Assembly: GCA_947598395.1 (NCBI GenBank)
Contig: CANQFG010000002.1
Span: 7,813-71,812 of the forward strand
Reading direction: 5' to 3'
Source: an uncultured Bacilli bacterium
GTDB taxonomy: Bacteria > Bacillota_I > Bacilli_A > RF39 > UBA660
Length of the DNA: 64,000 bases
Both the position numbers and the translations under genes were made by a program. Position 1 is the first letter of the stretch. Every line of letters begins with the position of its first letter. The notes below the pieces were generated by a model, which was not told the origin of the DNA, did no database searches, and saw only the letters and a program-made list of their open reading frames with translations. This document shows positions 63,595-64,000 of this stretch, piece after piece.

Positions 63595-64000
63595 TTAAGC
63601 TTTGATAATATCGACGGCCTTTTGCATTTGCAAGTCATATTTGATCATTTCAAGACCACCGATGGCATTTAGGAATTCCTCTTCGCTCATGTTATATTTG
63701 CTAGCTTGTTCCGTAGCCTCCCGTTTGGCATCGTCATCGCTAACTTCGATGTTTTCGGCTTTGACAATTTCCTCTAAGAGATACCGCGTTTTCATGCGCG
63801 CGAGAGCTTGGGGCTTCATCATCGTTTTTAAATCTTCGGACTTTGTTCCTGTTAGGGATAGGTATTGTTCAAGCGTAACGCCTTGCATGGCAAGTTCTTG
63901 CTTAAATTGTTCTAACATCCGTTCGATTTCCGAATCGATAATCTCGTTATTGATATCGACTTCCATATTATCAGTAGCCTTATGTAATAATTCATCGATA
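63595..64000 (-). CDS. tig: trigger factor, C-terminal part (runs off the right edge)
   Basis: C-terminal domain pattern ...MKPQALARMKTRYLLEEIVKAENIEVSDDD...; the ORF is open to the window end. Confidence 0.85.
   Translation of the reverse strand, partial: IDELLHKATDNMEVDINNEIIDSEIERMLEQFKQELAMQGVTLEQYLSLTGTKSEDLKTMMKPQALARMKTRYLLEEIVKAENIEVSDDDAKREATEQASKYNMSEEEFLNAIGGLEMIKYDLQMQKAVDIIKA

Noticed and set aside
1-64000. CRISPR arrays, tRNA/rRNA genes, prophage or IS elements with terminal inverted repeats.
   Set aside because: None detected on visual inspection of the intergenic regions. The only repeats are the duplicated 72-nt leader, the family paralogs, coding low-complexity tracts and short hairpins.

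Overview
AT-rich Bacillota chromosome segment using the standard genetic code. The organism is a spore-former type, possibly Erysipelotrichia-like; that placement is inference only. Core synteny is strongly Bacillus-like: ylbD-ylbE; frr; mnmA; dnaG-sigA-trmK; lepA-hemW; rpsU-yqfC-yqfD-ybeY-era-yqzL-recO; 6S-like RNA-tcdA...rarA; efp; rpmG; uvrC; relA-dtd; comN/spoVB; tig.

The window appears to span the replication terminus. A 28-nt dif-like site lies at 51057..51084, in a 480-bp AT-rich gap. Gene orientation flips there from mostly + to mostly -.

The most unusual content is a dispersed multigene family. It comprises three tandem small paralogs at 13.85-15.9 kb, two long paralogs at 17.97-21.57 kb, and a partial copy at the left edge. 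All share a signal-anchor plus a two-cysteine module of about 150 aa. The C-terminal domains differ: none, ALK-type glycine-rich, or FGE-sulfatase-like.

The only G runs of 8 nt or more that I found by eye are all tied to this family. One G9 is in frame in a paralog. A G9 and a G8 sit in a near-identical upstream leader of the two long paralogs. This pattern suggests slipped-strand phase variation.

Other notable items:
- two orphan prepilin-type genes, one fused to cadherin-like domains and a C-terminal membrane anchor
- an orphan RnfC/RnfD-like pair
- a ClpX-like ATPase without a zinc-finger or IGF-type loop
- a short AlaRS
- an orphan HerA-like ATPase
- a 453-aa unknown gene translationally coupled to era
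- a candidate type I toxin-like mini-ORF
- two unannotated small ORFs

No rRNA, tRNA or CRISPR array was seen. All similarity statements come from motif recognition by eye. No searches were run.
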